A stretch of 64,000 bases of DNA. It comes from an uncultured Verrucomicrobiae bacterium. GTDB lineage: Bacteria; Verrucomicrobiota; Verrucomicrobiia; Palsa-1439. This document shows positions 18,888 through 29,315 of the stretch, piece by piece. The position numbers and the translations under genes are program-made. The notes under the pieces are model-generated. The model made no database searches. It was not told the DNA's origin and saw only the letters and a list, made by a program, of their open reading frames with translations. How positions within the stretch are numbered: position 1 is the first letter of the stretch; each line of letters begins with the position of its first letter. The stretch lies in the NCBI GenBank assembly GCA_963812605.1, contig CAWEWF010000001.1:448001-512000 (forward strand), in the 5' to 3' direction.

Positions 18888-19271
18888 GTGGCTAAGAGTT
18901 CATGTGCATATTTCGCAGCAGCGACCGGTAAGCGAACACTAAGTCGCGTTGTGCTCTCGGAGGTTTTTGCTCTCTACGACCTTAAACCGGGAAAAGACCG
19001 GTTCAATCTGGTGACGAGCAGGAAAATCTCCGCCACGATGGATCAATTGTTTAGCGCTTTTCGAAACAACCCCAACATACCCTCCGTCGATACGTTCCTC
19101 GCCGGCTTGAAAGGGAAGATCGAATCGGAATCCCAAATTTCGCTTCACCTTGACCGGCAATCTAGGACAGGCGCAGTGGACGTGAGGCCGCCGACAGCAT
19201 CCGGAAGAGTGCGGGAATCGGAGGCTGACGAAACTGATACGGGCCTGTTCGACCAAGATACGTCAGCCTGA
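18888..19271 (+). CDS. Hypothetical protein or fragment
   Basis: 127-aa ORF in AT-richer patch, no recognised motif. Confidence 0.4.
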   Translation: MAKSSCAYFAAATGKRTLSRVVLSEVFALYDLKPGKDRFNLVTSRKISATMDQLFSAFRNNPNIPSVDTFLAGLKGKIESESQISLHLDRQSRTGAVDVRPPTASGRVRESEADETDTGLFDQDTSA

Positions 19272-19315
19272 TCGGGTTTCGCTGTGTGGCATCTCCTCCT
19301 TCGCTAGTGCAACGG

Positions 19316-19832
19316 AGGACAAGCCCGTCCGACTATCGTAAATTGATAATTCTGCTGGACGCGGTGTGATCGGAGGGGTATGATCGGCGCGTGGATAATG
19401 AATTGGAGCGGAGTGATGGCGTGCGGGAGGCGAGCAGGACGGGTAAAGCTGCGACGAGTCGCAGCACTCCAAAGAGGAACGTTGATCCGAAAATAGAAGG
19501 ACACGGGCGGGAGCCTACTTCGCGAGGACGCTACGAAGGCCTGGCTGCCCGCGCCATTGCGCCGACGGCACGTATTCGGCGCGTCTCGTCGGACTCGGCT
19601 ACCGGCGAGGGGGAGGGGGTTGAAAATATGTGTTTCTGCGAAACGAACCCGATTTCTACGACGGGAGAAACAGGGGTTAAGTGGTTGTGGTGCAATCTGA
19701 TGTGTTATAGAATCGAGAACATTACAATCGGGTTCGTTTTTCTCGTTTTGAAGGTTGGACGCGGTTTTAGCGCGGCTTATTCGCGAAGCGCAGAACACCC
19801 TCACCTCAATCCTCTCCCCCAAGGGGAGAGGA
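19316..19832. repeat. Mosaic of REP-like palindromes and a 14-bp inverted-repeat element
   Basis: AAAGCTGCGACGAGTCGCAGCACTCCAAAG (19445-19474); AAACGAACCCGATT (19641) / AATCGGGTTCGTTT (19726); CCCTCACCTCAATCCTCTCCCCCAAGGGGAGAGG (~19798). Confidence 0.65.
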
Positions 19833-19944
19833 GGTTTACGCCGGAGGCGGCGGAGCGTTTTGACGAAGTCGATTGCCACCCGGGTAGCACGAGAGGTAGT
19901 GTGGGCGCTTATATGTTGGGTGCTTCCATCACCGGAGGAGAAAC

Positions 19945-21720
19945 ATGAAACTGCAGACATTGATAAAACTCGGCGTGGGATTATTGGCGGTCGTGGGGGC
20001 GTTGTTTCTTATGCTGGGGATTGTGGTTGCGGTGTGTGCACTCGGGGCGAAGCGGCCGGTTCCTTCAAAGGTGATCCTTGAAGCTGATTTTGAGAAGGGC
20101 CTGGTCGAGTACGTCCCCGACGATCCGGTGGCGAAGGTCGTGTCAGGCAAGGCGCCGACGGTCCTGGGCGTGGTCGAAGCGCTGGAGCGGGCGACGACGG
20201 ACGATCGCGTGGTCGGCTTGATCGCGCGCGTGGGCGAAGCGGGATTGTCAGCCGCGCAGATCCAGGAAATTCGCGACGCCATCATCGCGTTTCGCGCCAA
20301 GGGCAAACCGGCCATCGCCTATGCGGAGACTTTCGGCGAGGGCGGCAAAGGGAACGGCTCGTATTACCTCGCGACGGCGTTTGACGAGATTTGCCTGCAG
20401 CCGTCGGGCGACATCGGCCTGGCGGGATTGATGGCGGAGACCCCGTTTATCCGCGGGACGCTCGACAAACTCGGTTTCATTCCCCGCATGGACCATCGAT
20501 CCGAGTACAAGAATGCGATGAACGAGCTGACCGAGACGAAGTACACGGCGGCGCATCGCGAGGCGACGACGAAGTTGATCGAGTCGATATTTGGCCAGAT
20601 CGTCAAGGGCATCGCGGAGCGGCGCAAGATGTCTGAAAACGAAGTGCGGGCACTGATCGATCGCGGGCCATTCCTCGGCGAGGAAGCCTTGCAGGCAAAA
20701 CTCGTGGACAAACTTGCGTACCGCGATGACGCGTACGCGGAGATCAAGAAGAAGGCGGGCGAAGACGCGAAGTTTCTTTATCTTTCAAAATACGGCGAGC
20801 GCGCGAGCAGCCTGTACGACAAGGGGACGACGGTGGCCCTTATTTACGGGGTGGGCGGGGTGCTGCGTGGCAAGAGCGGTTACGATCCAGTTTTCCGGGA
20901 AGTGACGATGGGCGCGGACACGGTCGCGGCGGCGTTCCGCGCGGCGGTGGACGACAAGAAGGTGAAGGCGATTCTGTTTCGCATCGACAGCCCCGGCGGT
21001 TCGTATGTCGCTTCCGACACGATCTGGCGGGAGACGGTGCGCGCGCGGAAAGCCGGCAAGCCGGTGATCGTGTCGATGAGTTCGGTGGCGGGATCGGGCG
21101 GTTATTTCGTCGCGATGTCCGCGGACAAGATCGTGGCGGAGCCGGCGACGTTGACGGGTTCCATCGGCGTGTTTGCGGGGAAGATGTTGAGCACGAATTT
21201 CTGGGACAAGCTGGGCGTGTCGTGGGACGAAGTGCACACGAGTTCGAACGCCATGGTGTTCACGGGCCTGCAAGATTACACGCCCGAGCAATGGGCGCGG
21301 TTTGAGACATGGCTCGACTGCGTTTACGAGGATTTCACGACCAAGGTGGCGGAGGGCCGCAAGTTGCCGAAGGAGAAAGTGCTCGAAATCGCCAAGGGCC
21401 GTGTCTGGACGGGGGAAGACGCCAAGGCGCTCGGCTTGGTGGATGAACTCGGTGGGTTCCTGGTTGCGGTTCGTCTCGTGCGCGAAGCCGCGGGATTGCC
21501 GGTAGACGCGAAGATCCACCTGAAAGAATTTCCGTTGAAGAAGTCGCCGCTGGAAACGCTTCTCGGCGGAGGCCCCGACAACAGCCAGAAAGCCGGCGAG
21601 GCGACGCTGGCGCGCGCACTCGAAGTCATCCAGCCGTTGGCGCGTGTCGCCCGCGAGCTGGGGCTTGGCACCGCCGATTCCGATACCCTGCGGATGCCAG
21701 ATCCAGGTATGGAACCGTAA
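19945..21720 (+). CDS. sppA: Signal peptide peptidase SppA (67K type)
   Basis: SYYLATAFDEI, RIDSPGGS, VAGSGGYFVAM.ADKIVAEPATLTGSIGV, GRVWTGEDA; GGAG SD. Confidence 0.95.
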   Translation: MKLQTLIKLGVGLLAVVGALFLMLGIVVAVCALGAKRPVPSKVILEADFEKGLVEYVPDDPVAKVVSGKAPTVLGVVEALERATTDDRVVGLIARVGEAGLSAAQIQEIRDAIIAFRAKGKPAIAYAETFGEGGKGNGSYYLATAFDEICLQPSGDIGLAGLMAETPFIRGTLDKLGFIPRMDHRSEYKNAMNELTETKYTAAHREATTKLIESIFGQIVKGIAERRKMSENEVRALIDRGPFLGEEALQAKLVDKLAYRDDAYAEIKKKAGEDAKFLYLSKYGERASSLYDKGTTVALIYGVGGVLRGKSGYDPVFREVTMGADTVAAAFRAAVDDKKVKAILFRIDSPGGSYVASDTIWRETVRARKAGKPVIVSMSSVAGSGGYFVAMSADKIVAEPATLTGSIGVFAGKMLSTNFWDKLGVSWDEVHTSSNAMVFTGLQDYTPEQWARFETWLDCVYEDFTTKVAEGRKLPKEKVLEIAKGRVWTGEDAKALGLVDELGGFLVAVRLVREAAGLPVDAKIHLKEFPLKKSPLETLLGGGPDNSQKAGEATLARALEVIQPLARVARELGLGTADSDTLRMPDPGMEP

Positions 21721-21756
21721 CCGCAAATTCCGGCTCACGTGTACGGCTGCCGGATT

Positions 21757-24480
21757 TTAGAAATGCCCGACGACGCGATAGAATCGTTTGGTCTGACCGG
21801 CGATTGTTTTGTCGGTGACCGAAAGAGTGCCGCCGGTGCCGGGAAGGCCATTGGTCAGGACCGACCAGGTGCCGGTCTTCATGTCGCTGCGATAATCGAC
21901 TTCGTAAAGTTCGCTCGTCGTCGTGTTCGGCACGGTGGTGAAATTGATCACCGCGTTGTTGTTGGTCAATTTGAAGGAGGTAATGGCGGGCGTAAGCGCC
22001 TGGAAGACCCCTTGGGGCAGCATCGCAATCTCGCTGGGGCCCAGGACACGGTTGAAGAGCATGACATCGTCAATGACCCCATTGAACAACCCGATCTGGC
22101 TGGCGGCATTGGTGTTCATGATCATGTTTCCGCCCCAGTTGACGCTTCCCAGATAGACGCCGTTTGCATAGGCCATGATGGTGGATTTGTCGTAGACGAT
22201 CGCCACCTGGTACCAGTTGCCATTTTGGATGAGGCCACCGCCGAAGAATGCGTCCTTCCAACCGGCGGTGGTTTGTCCTTGCAGGTACAAGCCGTTGCTA
22301 TCGACGAGGAACCGGAAGCCACTCGCTAGGTAGTAGGATCGGATGGAGATAAAGGTGCCCGATCCCGCGGCGTTGCGCGGATAGAGCGACGCGACCACGG
22401 TAAAATTATTGGTGAAGTTGAGCGCGCTACTGGGCAGTATCACATCCGCAACCGTGCCGTCAAAACTCAGGGCGGAACCATTTTCTCCCGGAACCCATCC
22501 GTAAGGCGGGACGAAGCCTGTCAGCGTTCCATTGGCATGGCCGGCGGTGTCGGCGGCGTTCGTTCCCGTACCCTCGTCGAACTTCCAGTAATCAGCCAGG
22601 CCATCGAACAGATTTCCGACAACGTTGATCGTTATGGAAACCGGGACGCTCGTCGCCGGACCGTCGGTGGCCGTGAAGGTGACGGTGTAAGTTCCCACCT
22701 GGCTGTTGGAGGGTGTCCAGGAAAAGATGCCCGTGGTGGAATTGAACGATGCGCCGGCAGGCAGCGACGAAGCCGAGTAAGTCAACGGATAGTGATTGGA
22801 ATCTGTCGCCGAGACGGTGAACTGCAGCAAGTTTCCTTTCTGAACGGATTGGCTGCTGATGGGAGAGAATATGGGCGGAATATTCAGGTTCGGCGGCAAG
22901 GCGGCCAGGACACTGGCCAGGAGTCCGGAAGCGGTCAGGCTGCTCGACTGGAAGAGCACGGGCGTTTCCGTCAAGGCAGTTACCGAGGTGTTACTCCCGA
23001 AGATATCCGTCGCTGCGAGCGTGTTGTTGAGCAACGACACCGTTTGTCCTTCTACAGCCCAGGCGAGAACGAGGGAAGTGTTGTTGGTCCGCTGCCAGGC
23101 ATACAAGTACGCAATTTGTCCCGGGGTGCGATAGTCAACCAAGGTCGCGCCGTTCAACCAATAGCCCGTCATCAAGAAGGCCGACGTCTTGGGGTGTGGC
23201 CCGCGCATGCCGACATCCCAGCCATACAATTCGAAGTTCTGATCCGCCAGGTTCTCGCCGAGGGGCAGGACATGGGGAATGATGCAGTTGACACCCGACG
23301 CGTGGTACATCGCGGTAGTCTTGATGGCGCGGCACATCCCGCGATGCCAATCCAACGTGGTGGCAAATTCCAAGTCGATGTTGGTGCCGGTGTCAGTCCC
23401 CAGCGCGCTACGGCCAAAGAGGCCCAGTTCATCGACGTAAAGCGAGCTGAGGTTGGCAAACCTCCCAAAGGTCCAGACCAGATTGTCGTGGGTAATGGAG
23501 CGGACCCAGTTCGTGGCAAGATAGTCCACGTCGGGGGCGAAGGTGCCCCGGCCGTAATCATGCCACGACCAACCGTCGAACGTTGCCAAGGGATTGGTCG
23601 CCATCGACAAAGACTCCAACTGGAGCGGGCTCGACCAGGCGGGACCGATCACTTGAGGAGTGGGGTCGATGGCCCGGATCGCCTGCTGGGCTTGCGAGAA
23701 GAGCTGCAGGTAGAAAGTGACGAAACTGTCGAGGTTGGTCGTGTTGGGGAATTTATCGACGAATGGTTCGTTCCAGATCTCAATCGCCGCGAGCTTGCCC
23801 TTGTACCGCGTTGCCAGGGCCTGCACGTACGCGGTATGCTGCGAAATGATTTCATTGGGGCCGACCCACGAAGGAACGAAATCGCCGGAGACCGCAATGA
23901 TCTTGGAGTTGGTATTGGCGGCCACGGACAGGTCCGTGGAACTCCAATCCCACATATTTCGGTTCGTTTCCACGAGCGCCCAGACGCTTTGGATGACGCG
24001 CACCCAGGCTGTGCCCATTGACGCCATCCTTTGCGCACCGGCGGAGTCATCCGAATTCGCGCATTCGGATCCCAGGAAGGAAGAGCCCGTGTAATCATTG
24101 GGCAGGACAGCGAACTGGTTGCGGTCGCCGTTACATTCGACGAAATAATGCCCGAGAGGGAGATGCAACGTCGTGGGAGGGCCGAGGTACACGACCGTGT
24201 CATTCTCGGTCACCACCCGGATGGAAGAATTATTCGTGGTGCTAATCGTAATGGCGTCGGAGAGACGGAATAACCCCCAGCGGGTGCTCGGCGTTATGGA
24301 GATGATGATGTTGTTGGTGGCATACTGATCGAAGGGATAAATGAAGAGATTGGATACTGCCTGGGCATCCGCGGTTGCTGCGCGGAACCACGCGGCGACC
24401 GCCAAAACCATCAGCACTACAGGGAAACATCCCGCCCGGATCCGGAGCGGCTGCAAGAACAATCGGATTTTTAACGTCAT
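21757..24480 (-). CDS. Secreted modular clan GH-A glycoside hydrolase with putative Ig (He_PIG) and LamG domains and C-terminal FYRV-type motif
   Basis: AIEIWNEP, LYVDELG, LPAGASFNSTTGIFSWTP, YWKFDEGTGT, ...TKRFYRVVG; start uncertain (24552/24480). Confidence 0.8.
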   Translation of the reverse strand: MTLKIRLFLQPLRIRAGCFPVVLMVLAVAAWFRAATADAQAVSNLFIYPFDQYATNNIIISITPSTRWGLFRLSDAITISTTNNSSIRVVTENDTVVYLGPPTTLHLPLGHYFVECNGDRNQFAVLPNDYTGSSFLGSECANSDDSAGAQRMASMGTAWVRVIQSVWALVETNRNMWDWSSTDLSVAANTNSKIIAVSGDFVPSWVGPNEIISQHTAYVQALATRYKGKLAAIEIWNEPFVDKFPNTTNLDSFVTFYLQLFSQAQQAIRAIDPTPQVIGPAWSSPLQLESLSMATNPLATFDGWSWHDYGRGTFAPDVDYLATNWVRSITHDNLVWTFGRFANLSSLYVDELGLFGRSALGTDTGTNIDLEFATTLDWHRGMCRAIKTTAMYHASGVNCIIPHVLPLGENLADQNFELYGWDVGMRGPHPKTSAFLMTGYWLNGATLVDYRTPGQIAYLYAWQRTNNTSLVLAWAVEGQTVSLLNNTLAATDIFGSNTSVTALTETPVLFQSSSLTASGLLASVLAALPPNLNIPPIFSPISSQSVQKGNLLQFTVSATDSNHYPLTYSASSLPAGASFNSTTGIFSWTPSNSQVGTYTVTFTATDGPATSVPVSITINVVGNLFDGLADYWKFDEGTGTNAADTAGHANGTLTGFVPPYGWVPGENGSALSFDGTVADVILPSSALNFTNNFTVVASLYPRNAAGSGTFISIRSYYLASGFRFLVDSNGLYLQGQTTAGWKDAFFGGGLIQNGNWYQVAIVYDKSTIMAYANGVYLGSVNWGGNMIMNTNAASQIGLFNGVIDDVMLFNRVLGPSEIAMLPQGVFQALTPAITSFKLTNNNAVINFTTVPNTTTSELYEVDYRSDMKTGTWSVLTNGLPGTGGTLSVTDKTIAGQTKRFYRVVGHF

Positions 24481-24834
24481 CTCATACTGGCATGCGCACG
24501 TAGTTTTCTTTTGTGCGACGGGTACACTTACGGAATACAGGCAATGACCCACTGGCCAGCAGGAATTGACCTGTCAGTCATTCGGAAGACAACTGACTCT
24601 CGCGTGAACTTCTTAAGCTAGAATCTCCGTCCTTTTACAGCCTTACTACCCCCCCTCCTGAAGCGATCCCCATCGCCTCATCTCCATGCCAGTTTACACG
24701 CTCCACGGAGCGCGTCAATCATTCTTATTCTAAAACGCCTGCGGCGTTCGATCGCCTTCGCGCTACCCGCTCGTGACCGTGCGCGCAAATCGCGCTCGAC
24801 CCGCAACGCGGTTTCAAATACCTTGTCAGCGATA

Positions 24835-24879
24835 GTTTTGCTCCCGTAGCTCAGATGGATAGAGCGTCGGTTTCCTAAA
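24835..24879 (+). repeat. Left att site: 45-bp direct repeat containing the 5' half of tRNA-Arg
   Basis: GTTTTGCTCCCGTAGCTCAGATGGATAGAGCGTCGGTTTCCTAAA is identical to 29352-29396. Confidence 0.95.
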
Positions 24880-25575
24880 TCTCATCCTCGCTTTTGGTAA
24901 TTCCTGCCAAAACCCATGCAAACCCCTATAAAACAAGGCAATCGCGTTGGTTTCAACGCACACTAAATAGCAGTTCGCTTTTGCCAAAATCGCGTAAAAT
25001 AGCAGTCTTTTGTTTGCAGATGTTTGCAAAATTCCCTGCTTCGGTTCGTGCCCGCAGTATTACTAATCTTGACCGTACACCTTCCAGCTTGCCGTGGACG
25101 CACAACACCCGCCCGCCTCATTCCAACTGCCTAAAAACCCTCTGATTGACCCCTCATTGCAATTGGCGTGCTTCCGGTGGATTGCTGTCTCGGCCCCTTC
25201 TGACCGCTGATTCAACCCCCTCTTGTTCATCACTCCCGCTGTAGAATTGCAGCATGGACACGTTTATCGCCACGGAAATGACCCGCTATGGCGGTAGGTG
25301 AGGCCACAGACGCTAACAATGTCCGGGTGGTTAACTCGTGAGCGAATGGGTAGAGGCGTAATGACGAGCGCCCGAATGCCTTGAAAATCGCTACAAGTAA
25401 TAGAGGAACACGACTATGAACGAAAAACAGCCAGTCGAGCGCGGGTCAGTGGAAGTACATGATTCTGAATGGAATAGACGAAATGGGTGATTCCGGGCTG
25501 CTTGTAAGGGTATGCGTTCCCGCCACTTCACCGCCTGTATGTAATAAGGAAATTTCGCCATCGCCCTACTGATAG

Positions 25576-25767
25576 GTGCAAATGAAGAAGACTCAACAGC
25601 GTGTTAAAAAGGATTCGCGGCTCTTGTTTGGCGAGGCCATGTTGATGGTTCTCGCTGTGAGTGCGCTGTACGTGATTCTTTCAGGCCACTACGCCGCTGA
25701 CGCTCAAAAATGGGCCTACGGTGTGCTCGGCTCTGTTCTAACCGCCTCCATACGATTTCTCAAATAG
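25576..25767 (+). CDS. Small two-TM membrane protein
   Basis: 63-aa ORF, two hydrophobic segments flanking HYAADAQKWAYG. Confidence 0.55.
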   Translation: MQMKKTQQRVKKDSRLLFGEAMLMVLAVSALYVILSGHYAADAQKWAYGVLGSVLTASIRFLK

Positions 25768-25799
25768 TGGTAGGGGAGCATTTTGAAAGGAAAACTCGA

Positions 25800-25892
25800 A
25801 TGAAAACACATATCACTTTAACGCTGCTGATAGTCCTGCTTCTCGTGTTGCTGGCTTTTGCACGGACGGTCTTGATGATGCCGATGCACTAG
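25800..25892 (+). CDS. 30-aa hydrophobic peptide
   Basis: MKTHITLTLLIVLLLVLLAFARTVLMMPMH, with GAAAGG SD-like sequence 9 nt upstream. Confidence 0.45.
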   Translation: MKTHITLTLLIVLLLVLLAFARTVLMMPMH

Positions 25893-25935
25893 TCCAAACT
25901 GGTTGGCGGATTCAGGGACAGGAGCGCGAGTCACG

Positions 25936-26764
25936 ATGATTTTGTACAAATACGCCCACAAGCACGGCTTGGACATTTTGAAGAATTTGGAATTGAAGGT
26001 GTCCCGACCCGACGAATTCAACGACCCGTTTGAGTTTCTGCCGGTTCTTCCAGCGACCGTGCCTGCTCGGACAGTAGGAGAATCCTTAAAGACAAAAACA
26101 ATGCAGAACCGTATGTACGAAATGGCTAAAGCTCGTGGAATGCAAATTTCCCGTAAGGACTTTCGTGCTAGCCTGCGTCAGCATAGAGACAAACTCGTAT
26201 CACTTAAAAACGCAACACTTACGCAGAAAAATGCGGGACGAAATAATTGGAAGGTCACTGCGGAACAGTGGTGTTTTTTGTATGTCTGCTGTGCCGCACA
26301 GCATTTTGATGTGGTCACGTTACGGCGATTGTCATCATGGTCTTGTGATTGGTTTCGATATGGCGTTGGCTTCTCAAAAGTGGGCAGAAGACATTTTGAA
26401 AATAGAGTATGGCGATGAGAGGGCCAATCTGATTAAAATCATTGCGGGGAAGCATTGAATTCCGCAGATTTGGAGAAACTATTGTTAAGGTCAAGAGTGT
26501 GGTATGGAGCTACGAGCAGGAATAGCGGCTCCTATTCAAACTCGACACTTTATTGGCGAGAAGACTGAGAAGAATGATTCGGTGGGATTTTTTGCGAGAA
26601 TACCACCTGTGGCGATTCAAGAAGTGATTCTTGGATGTAGTTGCAGTACTGATACCGAGCGCGATGTGAGACAGGCTCTCACGGCTGACCATTTCAAACA
26701 CGTAGCACTGAAAAGAGCGGTCATAAACGACACCGATTTCAAACTGGATATAGTCACGGTCTGA
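25936..26764 (+). pseudogene. DUF2971-like protein disrupted by frameshifts and an in-frame TAG
   Basis: LYKY...FNDPFE, FCMS....ILMWSRYGD.HHGLVIGFD and KS..WSYEQE*RL fall in different frames, followed by IQEVILG. Confidence 0.7.
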
Positions 26765-27651
26765 TTCATCAGTCTTCCATTCCGATTAAACTTTTTATAA
26801 AAGTCAAAAGCTTCTTCTCGGTTAAGGAGTCTCTCCGCAGTCCCACGATTTCCAATAATGTGATAACTGTCATCGTGCGGCGGCCATATTCGCCTCTTCA
26901 ACTCTTGATTCGCTTGCTCAACGCTTCACGTAGCTTTTGTATTGTTTAGGCGTACGGCAAGAAACGCCATCAGGCCGGTCAAAACCAAATTTGCCCCATT
27001 GCCAAATATACCCTTACTCCTCCAACGGTTTTCAATTTGGGAAGATTCAGTTCATCGGCCACTCTTTTGACCGTTGCTGGCACGCATCCGCAAACTTTTG
27101 CCGCATCGCACGGCATGTAAAGCTTCATGTCTAATTCGTTCTGCATATATAAACCTCAATATCGGGAGGCAAAAAAATTCCGACTTCTGGCACCGTGCCT
27201 GCGAAACTTCTCCGACTCTATAGTGCTTTACAGCCGGTTTTCATCAGGGGGAAACTTTTTTAAGTGGCTGGATGAAGATTTTTCTAAAATAGAAGTACTT
27301 CTATTCGGACGAAGCACGACTCTCCTGAAACAATAGATGTTTATCTAAAGCGTTCATCAACTCGTTAAGGTGCTCGCTGCTGTCGTCTGGTTTTAAAATT
27401 AATCCATTTGAAACTGCCGACCATTCCTTCCGAAAGAAACTCAAATAAACTCATTTAAAGTCCGACGGGGTGTGGAGTTGCGAAAGAAAATCATGGAGAC
27501 GATGTTTATCTGTTTAGTTTGAGAAAAAATCTTCGAGTGCGCGGCGTTTCTTCATTGAGGCAAAATAGAAGTAGACATATAATGGTATCATGGTTAGGGG
27601 CCGAAATTCATTGAAAGTGAAATGCCGATTCAATCGAGAATTTGCTGATAG

Positions 27652-27999
27652 CCCCGACAGCGTTGGTTTCCCGCATTTATCCACGGGGCTGTAAAGCCGA
27701 CTCACAACCTCACTGATTCAGACCTCAAGCGATTAACAGTTGAGATTGCCAGTGAAGTCGCAAGGAAGCTCCGCGAGCAAAATGTTGAACCTCTCTCTGT
27801 TCCAAGACTTCGGATAGGGCCAGATGAAATCTGCAAGAGTCTTGGTATAAAACGGCGCACATTAACTGATTGGCAACGAAAACGGTTGATTCCGTTTGAA
27901 CGCATCGGGCCAAGCAAGGGCCGCTCTACACTTCTGTTCAATGTCGCGGATGTTGACAGAGCGCTAAAGCGTTGGCGAATTAGGTCAGTTGGCGAGTGA
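27652..27999 (+). CDS. Excisionase-like helix-turn-helix protein (no canonical start seen)
   Basis: Manual translation ...GPDEICKSLGIKRRTLTDWQRKRLIPFERIG...LLFNVADVDRALKRW; convergent with the integrase; missed by the ORF track. Confidence 0.7.
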   Translation, partial: PRQRWFPAFIHGAVKPTHNLTDSDLKRLTVEIASEVARKLREQNVEPLSVPRLRIGPDEICKSLGIKRRTLTDWQRKRLIPFERIGPSKGRSTLLFNVADVDRALKRWRIRSVGE

Positions 28000-28016
28000 G
28001 CAAAGGCGACGGGCCG

Positions 28017-29315
28017 TCAGCCTCGCTTTTTCTCACTAGCTTGTTTTTCTTTTGGGCGAAGCGCGTAAAACTTTTTGGCCTCTGCTTCTGTCGTTAGTCC
28101 CTTGTAGTGAGTCTTCAACATCGTGGTAGAAGTATGCCCGAGTAAGGCAGAGGTCGCGTGTTCGTCACGACTCAATGCGTAGTGATATGTTGCGGCAGTA
28201 TGCCTCATACCGTCGTTAATCCATTGAAACCCTAGCTCATTTCGCAATACCCGAAACCGCCGACGCCATACTGAAAGGCTTGGAGCGAGTTTTTCTGGTA
28301 GCTCCAGTCTGCCATTTCCACCTAACCACGCCCATACTGAATCTCCCAATGGTGTACCTCTGGGCAACTCAATAACACGCTTGCCGGTCTTTGTTACATC
28401 TGCATTCAAAGTGATGACAATACGGTTGCCATCAACGAAAAAATGTCTATTTCGTAAACGCCGAGATTCTTCTGGACGAATGCCTAACAATAATCCGAGT
28501 ACAGCGTAATTGAGGAGGCCGTGGTCAGAGAAAACTTCCAGAATTGTTTTCGATTGCTCAACGGAAAAAAATTGGATGTTGCCGCGAGTGACTCTAGGAC
28601 GACGTACGGCAAGGGGGTCAAGGGGTGTAGAATAGGCAAATTTGTTGGCAACGGCCCATCGGTAGAAACTGGATGCCTTGGCTAAATAATGTCTGCGAGT
28701 AATGGGGGCCAGTCCGTCCTTCTTCATTTCGGAATCCCACTGTTTGATATCCTCCACAGAGACTTCGTTGGCTAGCCGATTGCCGAAACGCTCTTTGATT
28801 GGATTGAGGCGGCTCCGCAAATCTCGTACCGTTGCTAGTCGGACACCGGCTACCGCCTGCTCTGCGATAAACTTTTCCACCAACTCCGTAAGGTTCTGAA
28901 AACGCGCCAAACTGAGGTGTTGTTTTATATAGAAGTTAGCCGCCGCCACCAGCGTCTCCGAGGGATAATCTTTGAGAATATCCAACGCTGCTGTCGCGTC
29001 GGCCCGTTGTTCTTGAGTCAGCATCCATAGCGATTCGCCTTCCTGCTTCTTTGCTCGTTCAAACAGTAGACGTTGGCTGATTGCTTCTTCCACGGTCTTA
29101 GCGGATTTCCACCTTTGCTTTCCGTTGCTGTCCCGACCTAGAGAGACAAGAAATGACTGTTGACCCTTGGTGTCTCGGGGGTAAACTCCCGGTGGTAATG
29201 ATGGCTTGCGTTTATTTTTGGCGGTTGCTGGTTGTTCGTGTTGGCTCATACAGGGTTTTCCGTAATTCGCCAAATATACGTTTGCAAAATGTTTACTGCA
29301 AGAAAAATATAACAT
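28017..29315 (-). CDS. Tyrosine recombinase / phage-type integrase
   Basis: GIRPEE (R), TKTG (K), DGMRHTAATY, LLGHTS, HYK (Y); adjacent to att; likely start ~29249. Confidence 0.93.
   Translation of the reverse strand: MLYFSCSKHFANVYLANYGKPCMSQHEQPATAKNKRKPSLPPGVYPRDTKGQQSFLVSLGRDSNGKQRWKSAKTVEEAISQRLLFERAKKQEGESLWMLTQEQRADATAALDILKDYPSETLVAAANFYIKQHLSLARFQNLTELVEKFIAEQAVAGVRLATVRDLRSRLNPIKERFGNRLANEVSVEDIKQWDSEMKKDGLAPITRRHYLAKASSFYRWAVANKFAYSTPLDPLAVRRPRVTRGNIQFFSVEQSKTILEVFSDHGLLNYAVLGLLLGIRPEESRRLRNRHFFVDGNRIVITLNADVTKTGKRVIELPRGTPLGDSVWAWLGGNGRLELPEKLAPSLSVWRRRFRVLRNELGFQWINDGMRHTAATYHYALSRDEHATSALLGHTSTTMLKTHYKGLTTEAEAKKFYALRPKEKQASEKKRG

Noticed and set aside
19304-19960. ORFs of 185-218 aa across the REP patch
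   Set aside because: Translations are built from palindromic repeats (e.g. FCETNP, PHLNPLPQGER) and look non-coding
24545-24720. Riboswitch upstream of the modular hydrolase
   Set aside because: Short hairpins are present but no consensus I can recognise; an Rfam/Infernal scan would be decisive
24840-24879. Second tRNA-Arg gene
   Set aside because: Stops after the anticodon loop with no T-arm or acceptor 3' strand; it is the att repeat
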